53,839 nucleotides of DNA from positions 1 to 53,839 of the forward strand of contig CALLUH010000045.1 of assembly GCA_938011445.1 (NCBI GenBank). Direction: 5' to 3'. The stretch comes from an uncultured Hyphomonadaceae bacterium (GTDB lineage Bacteria; Pseudomonadota; Alphaproteobacteria; Caulobacterales; Hyphomonadaceae). Shown here one piece after another: positions 28,303 to 37,470 of this stretch. How positions within the stretch are numbered: the first letter of the stretch is position 1; every line of letters starts with the position of its first letter. The position numbers were made by a program, and so were the translations under genes. The notes under the pieces were generated by a model, which saw nothing but the letters and a program-made list of their open reading frames with translations, did no database searches and was not told where the DNA came from.

Positions 28303-29190
28303 TCATGTTAAACCACTAAAGACGGAAACCGGATCATCCAGATAGGTTGTAAGATTATGTGTTGGCCGTCCTTCATGAGCGCCAATTGTAACAAAGTGTT
28401 CGAAGGCGGTAAGGGAGGTTTCAGCAATATCAGGATTGGTCGCCTGATAGAAAACCGCATCGAAAAGGGGGTGCGGTTGGCGATTTTCTGCATTACCGTA
28501 AAGAACGAAATGGGCAAGCGGGTTGCGACGTGACCTTACCACATCCGGATTATGCGCCAGATACCAACTTGTGCTGAAGAAAGGATTGGGGTTTCGGCCT
28601 TCATCTGCGCCAAATATCAAAAAATGCTCCAATGCCCCCCCTGCAAAAGTCTTTGCGTCCGGATAGGCCTCGCAATACCAATCCCCTGCAAAAAGCGGCG
28701 AATTGACCAGCGCTGCGCGGTCTTCCATCAGTCGTGATTGGGAGCCATAAAAAGTGCTATAAGCAGCACGTGGCCGAAATGTGAGGAAGCGGAAAGCTGC
28801 CGCGAAAATGGAGGCCAGACGGCGACCTTTGCGCCCGGTCCGCCGTTCGATCCGGTAAAGAAAACTACACAAGCGCCAGCTTACCGAACCTTCGACATGT
28901 TGCCGATCCATTTGAATGCCCGAATTATGATCGGCGAGGGTTAATATCTGTAACAATGCAGCGCTTGCAACATTATCGATCTGATCCGCTTCCAGCTTAG
29001 GTGCTGAACGGGGACGGGCGGGGTCGACCTCGCCGGATTTGTCGGGATTTGCTTCATGCTCGTCATCGGTGTTCATAAAACGCCGGATGAACTCTTTCCT
29101 TACCGCCGCCAGATCAGCCTCCGCACTCGTCGAAAGGCGCGGTTCAGATCGGTCCTGATCCCGTCCATTTCTGAGTATATCATCTGCCAT
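28303..29190 (-). CDS. hypothetical protein: acidic/disordered N-terminus, SWRL motif, and three C-terminal copies of the ~37-aa locus repeat
   Basis: The 295-aa ORF fills the gap between the dual-GT2 gene and the divergent wzm promoter. Its C-terminus has FAGDWY...HFLIFGADEGRNPNP / FSTSWY...HFVLYGNAENRQPHP / FDAVFY...HFVTIGAHEGRPTH. Confidence 0.6.
   Translation of the reverse strand: MADDILRNGRDQDRSEPRLSTSAEADLAAVRKEFIRRFMNTDDEHEANPDKSGEVDPARPRSAPKLEADQIDNVASAALLQILTLADHNSGIQMDRQHVEGSVSWRLCSFLYRIERRTGRKGRRLASIFAAAFRFLTFRPRAAYSTFYGSQSRLMEDRAALVNSPLFAGDWYCEAYPDAKTFAGGALEHFLIFGADEGRNPNPFFSTSWYLAHNPDVVRSRRNPLAHFVLYGNAENRQPHPLFDAVFYQATNPDIAETSLTAFEHFVTIGAHEGRPTHNLTTYLDDPVSVFSGLT
28351..28701 (-). 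repeat. 3 x ~38-aa protein repeat (same family as 44162..45979)
   Basis: The aromatic F-x-x-x-[WF]-Y positions fall at residues 167, 205 and 243 of the 295-aa protein. Confidence 0.75.
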
Positions 29191-29426
29191 CTAACAAGCC
29201 TCGAAAATACATACACTGTTTCCAAACAAGTATTCCTTTAACATATAAATGCTCGCCGCCAAACGATATCTCCATTGGTCCAGCGACACTTGTAAGGCTG
29301 CATTTTTTGAATAGGGTCGACGTTTTTTAGTTCCATTTTGACCATGTTTACGATAGGGCTCTGACACTTCCGATCAGGTGGACATCAAATTTGGAGTCGG
29401 CAAAAAGTTGGCTTGTGGAGCTGTGT

Positions 29427-30206
29427 ATGACTGTAGTGCTGAACGATTTCTCGGCCATATTTTCGCGCTGGCGCATCTGGTGGATTATGGGGTTCCGCGA
29501 CATCCAGATGCGCTATCGCAGATCGTTTCTGGGACCGTTCTGGATTAGTCTGACCATGGCCGCCATGGTGTTTGGTATCGGCTTCTTGTTCAGCCAAATC
29601 TTCGACATCGAATTCAAGGCATTCCTTGCCTATATTGCAACTAGCTTTCTGATTTGGGGCATCCTCCAAAGCAATCTGAATGAGAGCTGCAACATAATGA
29701 TCGACTCCGAAGCACATTTGCGGGCAATGCGGCTCCCGGCATCCATATTGGCTGCCCAAATGGTTTGGCGGAATACACTGATATTCCTGCACAATTTGAT
29801 AGCGATTGGCGCAGTTCTACTTTACGCAAATGTGGATATGTCGGCGTCCTTGATCCTGCTGCTGCCCGCACTCGCCATCTTGTCTCTCATCGGTTTCTTC
29901 TCGGCCATCGTGCTTGGCCCATATGCCCTGAGATACCGTGATCTTGGTCAAGTTGTTATGAATGTAATGCAGATCGCATTCTTTATAACGCCAATTATCT
30001 GGATGCCCTCACAGGGGCGCTTGTCCTCGGTCTGGCTCGACTATAATCCGTTTTTCCATCTGGTTGAGATTGCGCGTGGTCCGCTACTTGGTTATTGGCC
30101 GTCTGCCACAAATTGGGCGGTATCTATCGGCATTTTGATTATCGCCGCTATCATGGCCTATGTTGCCACGGCTGTAAGCCGCGAAAAAGTGTATTTGTGG
30201 CTCTAG
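29427..30206 (+). CDS. wzm: ABC-2 type polysaccharide export permease
   Basis: The internal ATG (GGAG 6 nt upstream) gives MTVVLNDFSAIFSRWRIWWIMGFRDIQMRYRRSFLGPFW, a classic Wzm/KpsM N-terminus, with 6 predicted TM segments. Confidence 0.85.
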   Translation: MTVVLNDFSAIFSRWRIWWIMGFRDIQMRYRRSFLGPFWISLTMAAMVFGIGFLFSQIFDIEFKAFLAYIATSFLIWGILQSNLNESCNIMIDSEAHLRAMRLPASILAAQMVWRNTLIFLHNLIAIGAVLLYANVDMSASLILLLPALAILSLIGFFSAIVLGPYALRYRDLGQVVMNVMQIAFFITPIIWMPSQGRLSSVWLDYNPFFHLVEIARGPLLGYWPSATNWAVSIGILIIAAIMAYVATAVSREKVYLWL

Positions 30207-30254
30207 GGTGAAGCTGACCATCCTGCAAACCCCTGCTTTCCAATCGAGGATTTC

Positions 30255-31031
30255 ATGACGCGTATCGAGTTGAAGAATGTAAATTTCGAATACCCGCTCT
30301 ATGAAGTAGCGCAACGCTCGTTAAAGGTCAGCCTTATCGACCTTTTGCGCGGCTCCAGAGATGGGCCGAGCAGCGTCCATGCGATTAAAGATTTATCTAT
30401 AACGATTGACGATGGCGAGCGTGTTGGCCTGGTCGGGCGCAATGGTGCGGGTAAGTCGAGCCTTTTACGTCTGTTAAGTGGTATCGCATTTCCTACATCC
30501 GGCACAATCAAGACCTATGGCCGAATTGTCCCGGTCAATCAGACAGGCCTTGGGATCAATCCGGAGTTCTCCGCCGCCGACAATATTGAACTTCCATTGC
30601 GCTTTATTGGTGCGACAACGGAAGAGATTGAAGTTGCGCGCGCGGGCGTGCGTGAATTTGCCGATCTTGGTGAGTTCTTCGATCTGCCTGTGCGCCGTTA
30701 TTCGGACGGTATGAAAGCCCGTTTGACCTTTGCCCTCTCGACATCTATTCCAGCAGATGTGCTGGTTCTGGACGAGTGGCTGAGTGCAGGCGATGCCGAG
30801 TTTGTTGCTCGTGCCGAGCGCAGAATTAACGAATATATACACCGCATCAAAATCGTAATTCTGGCCAGCCACTCTATGGAGCTTCTGCGCACTGTTTGTA
30901 CCCGCGTGCTCTGGATGGAGAAAGGTGAACTGATCGCCGATGGCGAGCCGAATGAAGTGATAGACGCCTATCTGGCAAAGATACTGGATCAACCATTGCC
31001 AGATCAGGACAAGAAGATAATCAATATCTAG
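30255..31031 (+). CDS. wzt: polysaccharide export ABC transporter ATP-binding protein, short form without a C-terminal carbohydrate-binding domain
   Basis: Walker A GRNGAGKSS, signature YSDGMKARL, Walker B VLVLDEW, H-loop ASHS. The protein is only 258 aa. Confidence 0.9.
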   Translation: MTRIELKNVNFEYPLYEVAQRSLKVSLIDLLRGSRDGPSSVHAIKDLSITIDDGERVGLVGRNGAGKSSLLRLLSGIAFPTSGTIKTYGRIVPVNQTGLGINPEFSAADNIELPLRFIGATTEEIEVARAGVREFADLGEFFDLPVRRYSDGMKARLTFALSTSIPADVLVLDEWLSAGDAEFVARAERRINEYIHRIKIVILASHSMELLRTVCTRVLWMEKGELIADGEPNEVIDAYLAKILDQPLPDQDKKIINI

Positions 31032-31915
31032 GAACCGCTTGTCCCGACAAGGCGCTCGACGCATGACCGCACACTTGATGTCCAGTCCGGTAGGCGAACC
31101 CCGAAACCATCTTCGAGCTTTTGGCAATCAAGTCGCGAATTGGCAGGCCGGGGAGCGGGGGTCGGATAGTCGGCGGTGGAGATCCGGTTGACCTTGGCCG
31201 AAGGCCCGCTATGGCGCGCGCTTGCTTCAAACACCGCCTCTGCAAGATCAGCCCAGACCGCGTCTCCCTGACCGCTCATATGAAATAGACCGGTTGGCGC
31301 GCTTTTGTCATTGTGAAGCTGTTTTGCGATCTTGATGAGGTTGATGGCAATGTCCGTAGCACTGGTCGGATTTCCCTTCTGGTCGCTGACCACATTGACC
31401 TCATCACGATCCGCTGCAAGCCGCAGCATTGTTTTAACGAAATTGTTTCCGAACGGACTATATACCCAGGAGGTGCGCAGAACGACGTGTCGTGCATTAC
31501 CGTCTGCGACCTGCTGCTCTCCTTCGAGCTTTGTCTGACCATAAATCCCGAGGGGCGATACTGGATCTATCTCTTGATAGGGCGTCTTCTTTGTCCCGTC
31601 GAAGACATAATCTGTCGAAAGGTGGAGGATCGGCAAGCCCAGCCCTGCGGCGCGTCTTGCCAAAGTGCCAGCACCGGTGGCGTTGACTTGTCGGGCTTTA
31701 TCAATTTCGGATTCCGCTTTATCAACCGCCGTATAGGCTGCGGCATTTATAACGATGTCCGCGTTAAAGCGCTCAAGAGCCCGCTCGACCGAGCCGGCAT
31801 CACCGAGGTCGAAGTCTGGACGTCCGAGTGCGAGCGCTTCCAGCCCGGCCATAGTGCATTGCTCGGTTAGCGCACGGGCAACTTGGCCCGATGAGCCTGC
31901 AATGAATACGCGCAT
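31028..31915 (-). CDS. rmlD: dTDP-4-dehydrorhamnose reductase
   Basis: The internal start gives MRVFIAGSSGQVARAL; STDYVFDG, YGQTKLEGE. The ORF-track extension to 32002 was discarded. Confidence 0.9.
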   Translation of the reverse strand: MRVFIAGSSGQVARALTEQCTMAGLEALALGRPDFDLGDAGSVERALERFNADIVINAAAYTAVDKAESEIDKARQVNATGAGTLARRAAGLGLPILHLSTDYVFDGTKKTPYQEIDPVSPLGIYGQTKLEGEQQVADGNARHVVLRTSWVYSPFGNNFVKTMLRLAADRDEVNVVSDQKGNPTSATDIAINLIKIAKQLHNDKSAPTGLFHMSGQGDAVWADLAEAVFEASARHSGPSAKVNRISTADYPTPAPRPANSRLDCQKLEDGFGVRLPDWTSSVRSCVERLVGTSGS

Positions 31916-32182
31916 GGTGATAAGCCCTCGGTCTGGCGAAAAGCGTCCAATATCATTACGGATAGCATTTCGCAAACGGCTGACGACAGCGACGGCGGTC
32001 ATGCTGCGCGCGCTTTACAGCCGGGGGAATTCCCTTGACAGGCCCAATTGGATGCGGTCACTAAATCGTCAGACAAGGCGCTGCATACGGGCGGCCTGGA
32101 TGAACAAATTTATACAGTCATTACGAGCAGCGGCCAGAATCTTTGCATTCTTTGAGATGCATTAGTTTGCGGGAAGATCATC

Positions 32183-33235
32183 ATGAAAATACTGGTTACC
32201 GGCGGGGCCGGCTTCATCGGCTCGGCCGTCATCCGTATGGCGCTGGCTCGCGGTATCGACGTGGTCAATTTCGACAAGCTGACCTATGCGGCCAATCTCG
32301 ATAATCTGAAATCTTGTTGCGATATTGACGGCTACGAATTTGTGCAGGGTGATATCTGCGATGCCGAAATGGTCGCCAGCACGCTCGAAAAATACGCCCC
32401 GGACGCCATCATGCATCTGGCCGCGGAGAGCCATGTAGATCGTTCCATCGATGGTCCGGGCGCCTTCATAGAAACCAATCTGATCGGCACGTTCACAATG
32501 CTCGCCCAAGCGCGCAAATATTATGATGGCCTCCCCGGGGGCCGTAAGCAGAAGTTCAGGTTCCACCATGTCTCGACGGATGAGGTCTATGGGGCCCTCG
32601 GCGCCACCGGCCTGTTTACCGAAGAAACGCCTTACCGGCCCAATTCTCCATATTCGGCATCCAAAGCCGGGTCCGACTTTCTGGTCCGTGCGTGGGGCGA
32701 AACCTTCCAGCTACCCGTGGTGACCAGCAATTGCTCCAACAATTACGGCCCATTCCAGTTTCCGGAAAAACTGATCCCCGTGGTCATTCTGGCGGCGCTC
32801 GAAGGCAGACCGATCCCGGTTTATGGCAAGGGTGAAAATGTCCGCGACTGGCTCTATGTTGATGACCATGCGGACGCGCTCTTGCTGGTGCTTGAAAAGG
32901 GCTCGCTGGGCGAGACATATAATGTTGGCGGAAACAATGAACGCCGGAATATTGATCTGGTTCATTCCATTTGTGGCCTTATGGATGAGCGCAATCCGTC
33001 CGCTCGTCCGCATCAGGATTTGATCGAATATGTAACCGATCGCCCTGGGCATGATCTACGTTATGCGATTGACGCCTCGAAGATAGAGCGTGAACTTGGC
33101 TGGAGGCCTGTCACCAGCGTCGAGGAGGGCTTGGCCAAGACCGTCGACTGGTATCTGCAAAACGCCTGGTGGTGGGAGGCGATACGCAGCCGTGGTTTCG
33201 AGGACGCTCGGATAGGCCTGACAAAACCGGCCTGA
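32183..33235 (+). CDS. rmlB: dTDP-glucose 4,6-dehydratase
   Basis: [15 protein letters not shown]..., [39 protein letters not shown]. Confidence 0.96.
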   Translation: MKILVTGGAGFIGSAVIRMALARGIDVVNFDKLTYAANLDNLKSCCDIDGYEFVQGDICDAEMVASTLEKYAPDAIMHLAAESHVDRSIDGPGAFIETNLIGTFTMLAQARKYYDGLPGGRKQKFRFHHVSTDEVYGALGATGLFTEETPYRPNSPYSASKAGSDFLVRAWGETFQLPVVTSNCSNNYGPFQFPEKLIPVVILAALEGRPIPVYGKGENVRDWLYVDDHADALLLVLEKGSLGETYNVGGNNERRNIDLVHSICGLMDERNPSARPHQDLIEYVTDRPGHDLRYAIDASKIERELGWRPVTSVEEGLAKTVDWYLQNAWWWEAIRSRGFEDARIGLTKPA

Positions 33236-33274
33236 TCTGGTAAGCGCTATAGCATTCAAAATAAAGGATACCCA

Positions 33275-34150
33275 ATGAAGGGGATTATACTCGCGGGTGG
33301 ATCGGGAACACGCCTCTATCCGATTACCAAGGCGGCCTGCAAACAGCTATTGCCGATATATGACAAGCCGATGATCTATTATCCACTGTCTACGCTGATG
33401 CTGGCTGGCATTCGCGACATTCTGATCATCACAACTCCGGAAGATGCCGGAATATTCAGAAAACTTCTGGGTGACGGCTCCGCCTGGGGCATTGAGCTAA
33501 ATTATGCAGTCCAAGCGAAACCCGAAGGGCTTGCGCAGGCTTTCCTGATCGGGGAAAATTTTATCAATGGCGACCGGTGCGCCCTTGTTCTGGGGGATAA
33601 TATCTTTCACGGTCACGGCCTGGCCGACCTGCTTCTGGAAGCGGCAAGCCAGCAAGAGGGCGCGGTCGTCTTTGGCAGTCACGTCAAAGACCCCGAACGC
33701 TATGGCGTCGTGGCATTTGACGATCATGGCCGTGCGATCAGTATTGAAGAAAAACCTGAAAATCCGAAGTCAAACTATGCGGTCACCGGCCTTTACTTCT
33801 ATGACAGGACCGTTTGCGATCGTGCAAAACAGGTCAAACCCTCCGCGCGCGGGGAGCTTGAGATTACCACGCTGAATGACATGTACCTTCAGGATCAGCT
33901 TTTGAACGTCCAGATCCTCGGGCGCGGTTATGCCTGGCTCGATACAGGCACATACACCTCTCTGCTTCAAGCGTCGGCCTTCGTCCAAACCGTTGAAGAG
34001 CGTCAGGGCCTGAAAGTCGGATGCGTAGAGGAAGTGGCCTTCCGGATGGGCTGGATCAATGCCGATCAATTGCAAGCACTTGCAGAACCGCTGATAAAGA
34101 GCGGCTATGGTCTCTACCTGAACCAGATTGCAGAAGAAACAATTTTCTAA
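33275..34150 (+). CDS. rmlA: glucose-1-phosphate thymidylyltransferase
   Basis: [18 protein letters not shown]...[35 protein letters not shown]. Confidence 0.96.
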   Translation: MKGIILAGGSGTRLYPITKAACKQLLPIYDKPMIYYPLSTLMLAGIRDILIITTPEDAGIFRKLLGDGSAWGIELNYAVQAKPEGLAQAFLIGENFINGDRCALVLGDNIFHGHGLADLLLEAASQQEGAVVFGSHVKDPERYGVVAFDDHGRAISIEEKPENPKSNYAVTGLYFYDRTVCDRAKQVKPSARGELEITTLNDMYLQDQLLNVQILGRGYAWLDTGTYTSLLQASAFVQTVEERQGLKVGCVEEVAFRMGWINADQLQALAEPLIKSGYGLYLNQIAEETIF

Positions 34151-34165
34151 TTATTGAGGCAGTGT

Positions 34166-34717
34166 ATGGACGTTACTGAAACCCGTCTCCCTGATGTGAA
34201 GGTTTTCAGACCGCGCATCTTTGAAGACTCGCGCGGTTACTTCACCGAAACCTATACGCAATCAAAATTCGATACCCACGTCTCTGGCCTGACTTTCGTA
34301 CAGGACAATGAATCCTATTCGCGAAAAATCTACACGGTTCGTGGACTGCACTATCAGGCACCACCATTTGCACAGGATAAGCTCGTTCGCGTGCTGCGCG
34401 GCAGTGTGTTCGATGTTGCTGTTGATGTGCGGTCAGGCTCGTCCACTTTTGGGCAATGGGTTGGTGAAGAACTCTCACACACAAACGGATGCCAACTTCT
34501 CGTCCCGAAGGGCTTTCTTCATGGCTTCATGACACTGGAACCCGATACAATTGTCGCCTATAAAGTGACAGCCCACTATGATGGAGCCTCCGATGGTGCA
34601 GTTCATTGGGCATCTGAAACGCTTGGGATTGATTGGCCTGCCGGTCCAGATCAGGCTGTTCTGTCCGACAAGGACGCAGCCGCACCTCCCTTTGATACGT
34701 TTAACTCTCCCTTCTAA
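34166..34717 (+). CDS. rmlC: dTDP-4-dehydrorhamnose 3,5-epimerase
   Basis: The ATG at 34166 (GAGG upstream) gives MDVTETRLPDVKVFRPRIFEDSRGYFTE...; RGLHYQ, KLVRVLRGSVFDVAVD, GFLHGF. Confidence 0.93.
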   Translation: MDVTETRLPDVKVFRPRIFEDSRGYFTETYTQSKFDTHVSGLTFVQDNESYSRKIYTVRGLHYQAPPFAQDKLVRVLRGSVFDVAVDVRSGSSTFGQWVGEELSHTNGCQLLVPKGFLHGFMTLEPDTIVAYKVTAHYDGASDGAVHWASETLGIDWPAGPDQAVLSDKDAAAPPFDTFNSPF

Positions 34718-34771
34718 ACTCGCAAGCGCGGCTCCTGCGCAGCAGTTTCCAAGCTGGCACCAGCACCCGAG

Positions 34772-35962
34772 ATGAACCTTGTCCGCACCTTCGCGCTCAA
34801 GCTCTTTCGTAGCTTGTTCATAATGTTTGTTCGCGCCAGCAAGCCAGTCTTCGGCACGAAACCATCGGAAGGTCCGGTGATCGTCTCCCTGTTCGAGGGC
34901 GAACCTTTTGGTCTGGGCGTTGCCGGTGGGCTGACTGTCTCGGCTTTGAAGGCGGCGGGCGTGGAGGTTAGGACACACAACTTACGCAAAGTGCTCGATC
35001 ATACGGCTTGGGGGAAAGGCACGCTTCCCGTGGCTGGTGGTGGCGTCTGGCTGATCCATTGCAATGCCCCCGAAGCCCTGACCGTGTTGATGAAGACCCA
35101 TCCAAAATTCTGGTTGCGCAAGCACCGGATCGGATACTGGGCGTATGAATTGCCCAGAGCGCCGAGGGACTGGGTTGCAATCTCCAATCTTTTCCACGAG
35201 ATCTGGGTGCCGAGCAAATTTGTTGCGATCGCGCTTGGGGATGTGCCAATTCCCGTCCGTATCATGGGTCATCCGGTTGATATGTCACCAGCCCCGGCGC
35301 CCGACAAAGCGCGCTTTGAAGTGTCATCAGACCGATTGGTGCTTTGTGCTGGTGATCTGCGGTCCTCGCTTGAGCGGAAGAATATCGCGGGAGCGATCAG
35401 CATCTATTGCCACGCCTTTCCCGAGCCGACAGGCCGTGTCTCTCTGATCATCAAGCTGATGGCCGCCGATCTTGAAGCACTTGACGACCAGCCCTGGGCA
35501 TCAATCTTGTCCGAGCGTTCCGATATTCATCTTCGGACAGATGTATTGAGCCCAGCGGATATGCGTTGCCTGATCGCTTCGAGCGATGTCTTCTTGTCCC
35601 CTCATCGTTCTGAAGGGTTCGGCCTATTGCTCGCTGAAATAATAGCGTGTGGAGGATTACCGCTTGCAACCAAGGGGTCGGGCAATATGGACTTCATGCG
35701 GGATCTACCCGCCTTGCTCATCCCCTCAAAACAGGTTCCTGTGCCAATCGGCGAGACGGTTTATGGCAATCGGGCAGACAGCCATTGGGCCGAACCCGAT
35801 CAGCAAATTGCAGCAGAAAAGCTCGCGCGCCTTATTGAACTTACGCCTACCGAGGTCGCTGTGCTCAATGGGCAAGCGATCAGACAACTTGAAGCAATAT
35901 GGCAAAGCTGGTCGAAGACTGCGCTGGGCGATATTTTTCCACACTTAAAGCCCGTCAATTAG
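34772..35962 (+). CDS. GT4-family (GT-B fold) glycosyltransferase
   Basis: C-terminal E-x7-E motif in SPHRSEGFGLLLAEIIACGGLPLAT. The start is uncertain (34772 or 34823). Confidence 0.75.
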   Translation: MNLVRTFALKLFRSLFIMFVRASKPVFGTKPSEGPVIVSLFEGEPFGLGVAGGLTVSALKAAGVEVRTHNLRKVLDHTAWGKGTLPVAGGGVWLIHCNAPEALTVLMKTHPKFWLRKHRIGYWAYELPRAPRDWVAISNLFHEIWVPSKFVAIALGDVPIPVRIMGHPVDMSPAPAPDKARFEVSSDRLVLCAGDLRSSLERKNIAGAISIYCHAFPEPTGRVSLIIKLMAADLEALDDQPWASILSERSDIHLRTDVLSPADMRCLIASSDVFLSPHRSEGFGLLLAEIIACGGLPLATKGSGNMDFMRDLPALLIPSKQVPVPIGETVYGNRADSHWAEPDQQIAAEKLARLIELTPTEVAVLNGQAIRQLEAIWQSWSKTALGDIFPHLKPVN

Positions 35963-37283
35963 CCCCCAAAGCTTCAAGCGCCTTGAGCCTGAGGTTCAGC
36001 GTCTCGATCAATACAGCTTGAATTTCGCAAGTTTCCACAAGCCGCTGGATCCAAGCGCCCGCCGGTAATCCCTTCTCGACATCGAACCCCACCTCGTTCG
36101 GCATCGAACACAAATGGCGCTTTTGCTGCCAATGGCGTGCATAACCGTCAAGCGTCAGCGGATCAAACTCTGAGCCGATGCGGCTGCGGAATTTCCGCAT
36201 ATAGACATGCTGCGGGCGCTCGCTCTTATTGGCAGGCACCTTCTCATCCCATTTGGATGCATTGATCTTACCATCAATTGCCTGATCAAACACATAGCAG
36301 GACAATAATGCATTATCGTCATAAATGGATTGCGCGTTAAGGCTACCGGGGCCTTTGTCACCGCCAGCTGGAAACCCGATGACAACCCCTCCAACTGGGC
36401 CAATTTGCATGCGTTGATTTTGATGCTGGAAAAACGCAATCGGTCCGGCCGTCGCATCATTGCGCATAACGAAAATACCGGATTGATCATGATAAAGAAT
36501 AGCACGCGTATCGACATTGGCGTTGGCAAGATCGATGCGAGCCCAATTGGCGGCATCATCATTACTCCGTGCGATCAGGGCAGGGTGGTATGGAGATTTC
36601 GAGACAAGCCGGGTACTGCCGGTATCCTTGTTGATTGTCATGGCATCATGCCAGATTGTGCCATCTGTCGAGACGCGAACGCCAAAATGATCCTGCCCGG
36701 ACAAGCCGATTTCGGCACGCCCGGAAAACCCTGTTTGAAAGACCGCGCTGGCCGTGCCAGCAATTGTAGCTTTGTTCAGAGCACAGCGTATATCCCCTGA
36801 TCCGGGTGTGACATCATCATGTGACAACAACACAGCATCAGATTTCACTGCAAGCCTGTTCGTGCTGTCGGCATCTGTGTTGACCCCCAGAAAAGCCGGA
36901 CTTTGAGCGGTGCGAGTGCTCTGCTCAGCGCTTGCGCCCATCTCAAGCGCGCGCCAGTCTGTGTCATTGAACACGGTTAGCTGGCGGTTATCGGCCACCC
37001 ACGCCCGCCACCCCGCCTTCGGTACGATCTCAACCCAGGCACCGTCCCGAAAGACGGCAATGGATCTCGATTGCATCCCCGACCAGGCCGCGCCCGTCTT
37101 GTTCTCGGGCAGGATATAGGCATCACCTGCCGCTGGCGCGCCAGGTTCGCTATCTATCGTGGCAGACTTTACTGAAAGTTGCACCACCGCGTCGAGCCGC
37201 CCGAGCGCTTCGTTCATGGTGACGTGTTTCTGTGCCTGCTGAGGCATAAGAAAAGGCAGGCCAAGGCTTGGGGAAACATCCAT
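35955..37283 (-). CDS. DUF2793-domain, phage/GTA tail-fibre-like protein
   Basis: N-terminus LGLPFLMPQQAQKHVTMNEALGRLDAVVQ and GDAYILPEN..GAWSG...IAVFRDGAWVEIVPKAGWRAWV match my memory of DUF2793. The C-terminal region ends in a helical stretch, IQAVLIETLNLRLKALEALGAN. GGAG lies 8 nt upstream of the ATG. Confidence 0.75.
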   Translation of the reverse strand: MDVSPSLGLPFLMPQQAQKHVTMNEALGRLDAVVQLSVKSATIDSEPGAPAAGDAYILPENKTGAAWSGMQSRSIAVFRDGAWVEIVPKAGWRAWVADNRQLTVFNDTDWRALEMGASAEQSTRTAQSPAFLGVNTDADSTNRLAVKSDAVLLSHDDVTPGSGDIRCALNKATIAGTASAVFQTGFSGRAEIGLSGQDHFGVRVSTDGTIWHDAMTINKDTGSTRLVSKSPYHPALIARSNDDAANWARIDLANANVDTRAILYHDQSGIFVMRNDATAGPIAFFQHQNQRMQIGPVGGVVIGFPAGGDKGPGSLNAQSIYDDNALLSCYVFDQAIDGKINASKWDEKVPANKSERPQHVYMRKFRSRIGSEFDPLTLDGYARHWQQKRHLCSMPNEVGFDVEKGLPAGAWIQRLVETCEIQAVLIETLNLRLKALEALGAN

Positions 37284-37470
37284 ATCTCTTACTCCGATCC
37301 GATTAAGACCGAAGCATAGACGCGCCGCCGACGGGGTTGGATAAGTCCTGCTGGCCTGAAGCCATCAATCCGAGCGCATTCGTGAAAACTGGAAACCGGC
37401 TTGTAGCTAAAATGCGCCGAAAAACAAAAAGCTAAAGCCCGCCTTTGACGCCCGAATTTAACAATGTGCT

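Noticed and set aside
29191-29426. JUMPstart/ops (GGCGGTAG) antitermination element or CtrA boxes (TTAA-N7-TTAA) in the AT-rich divergent promoter regions (also 37284..37470 and 31916..32182)
   Set aside because: I scanned these spacers by eye and saw no match to either consensus. TTAA tetramers are present but not with the required spacing. The scan was not exhaustive.
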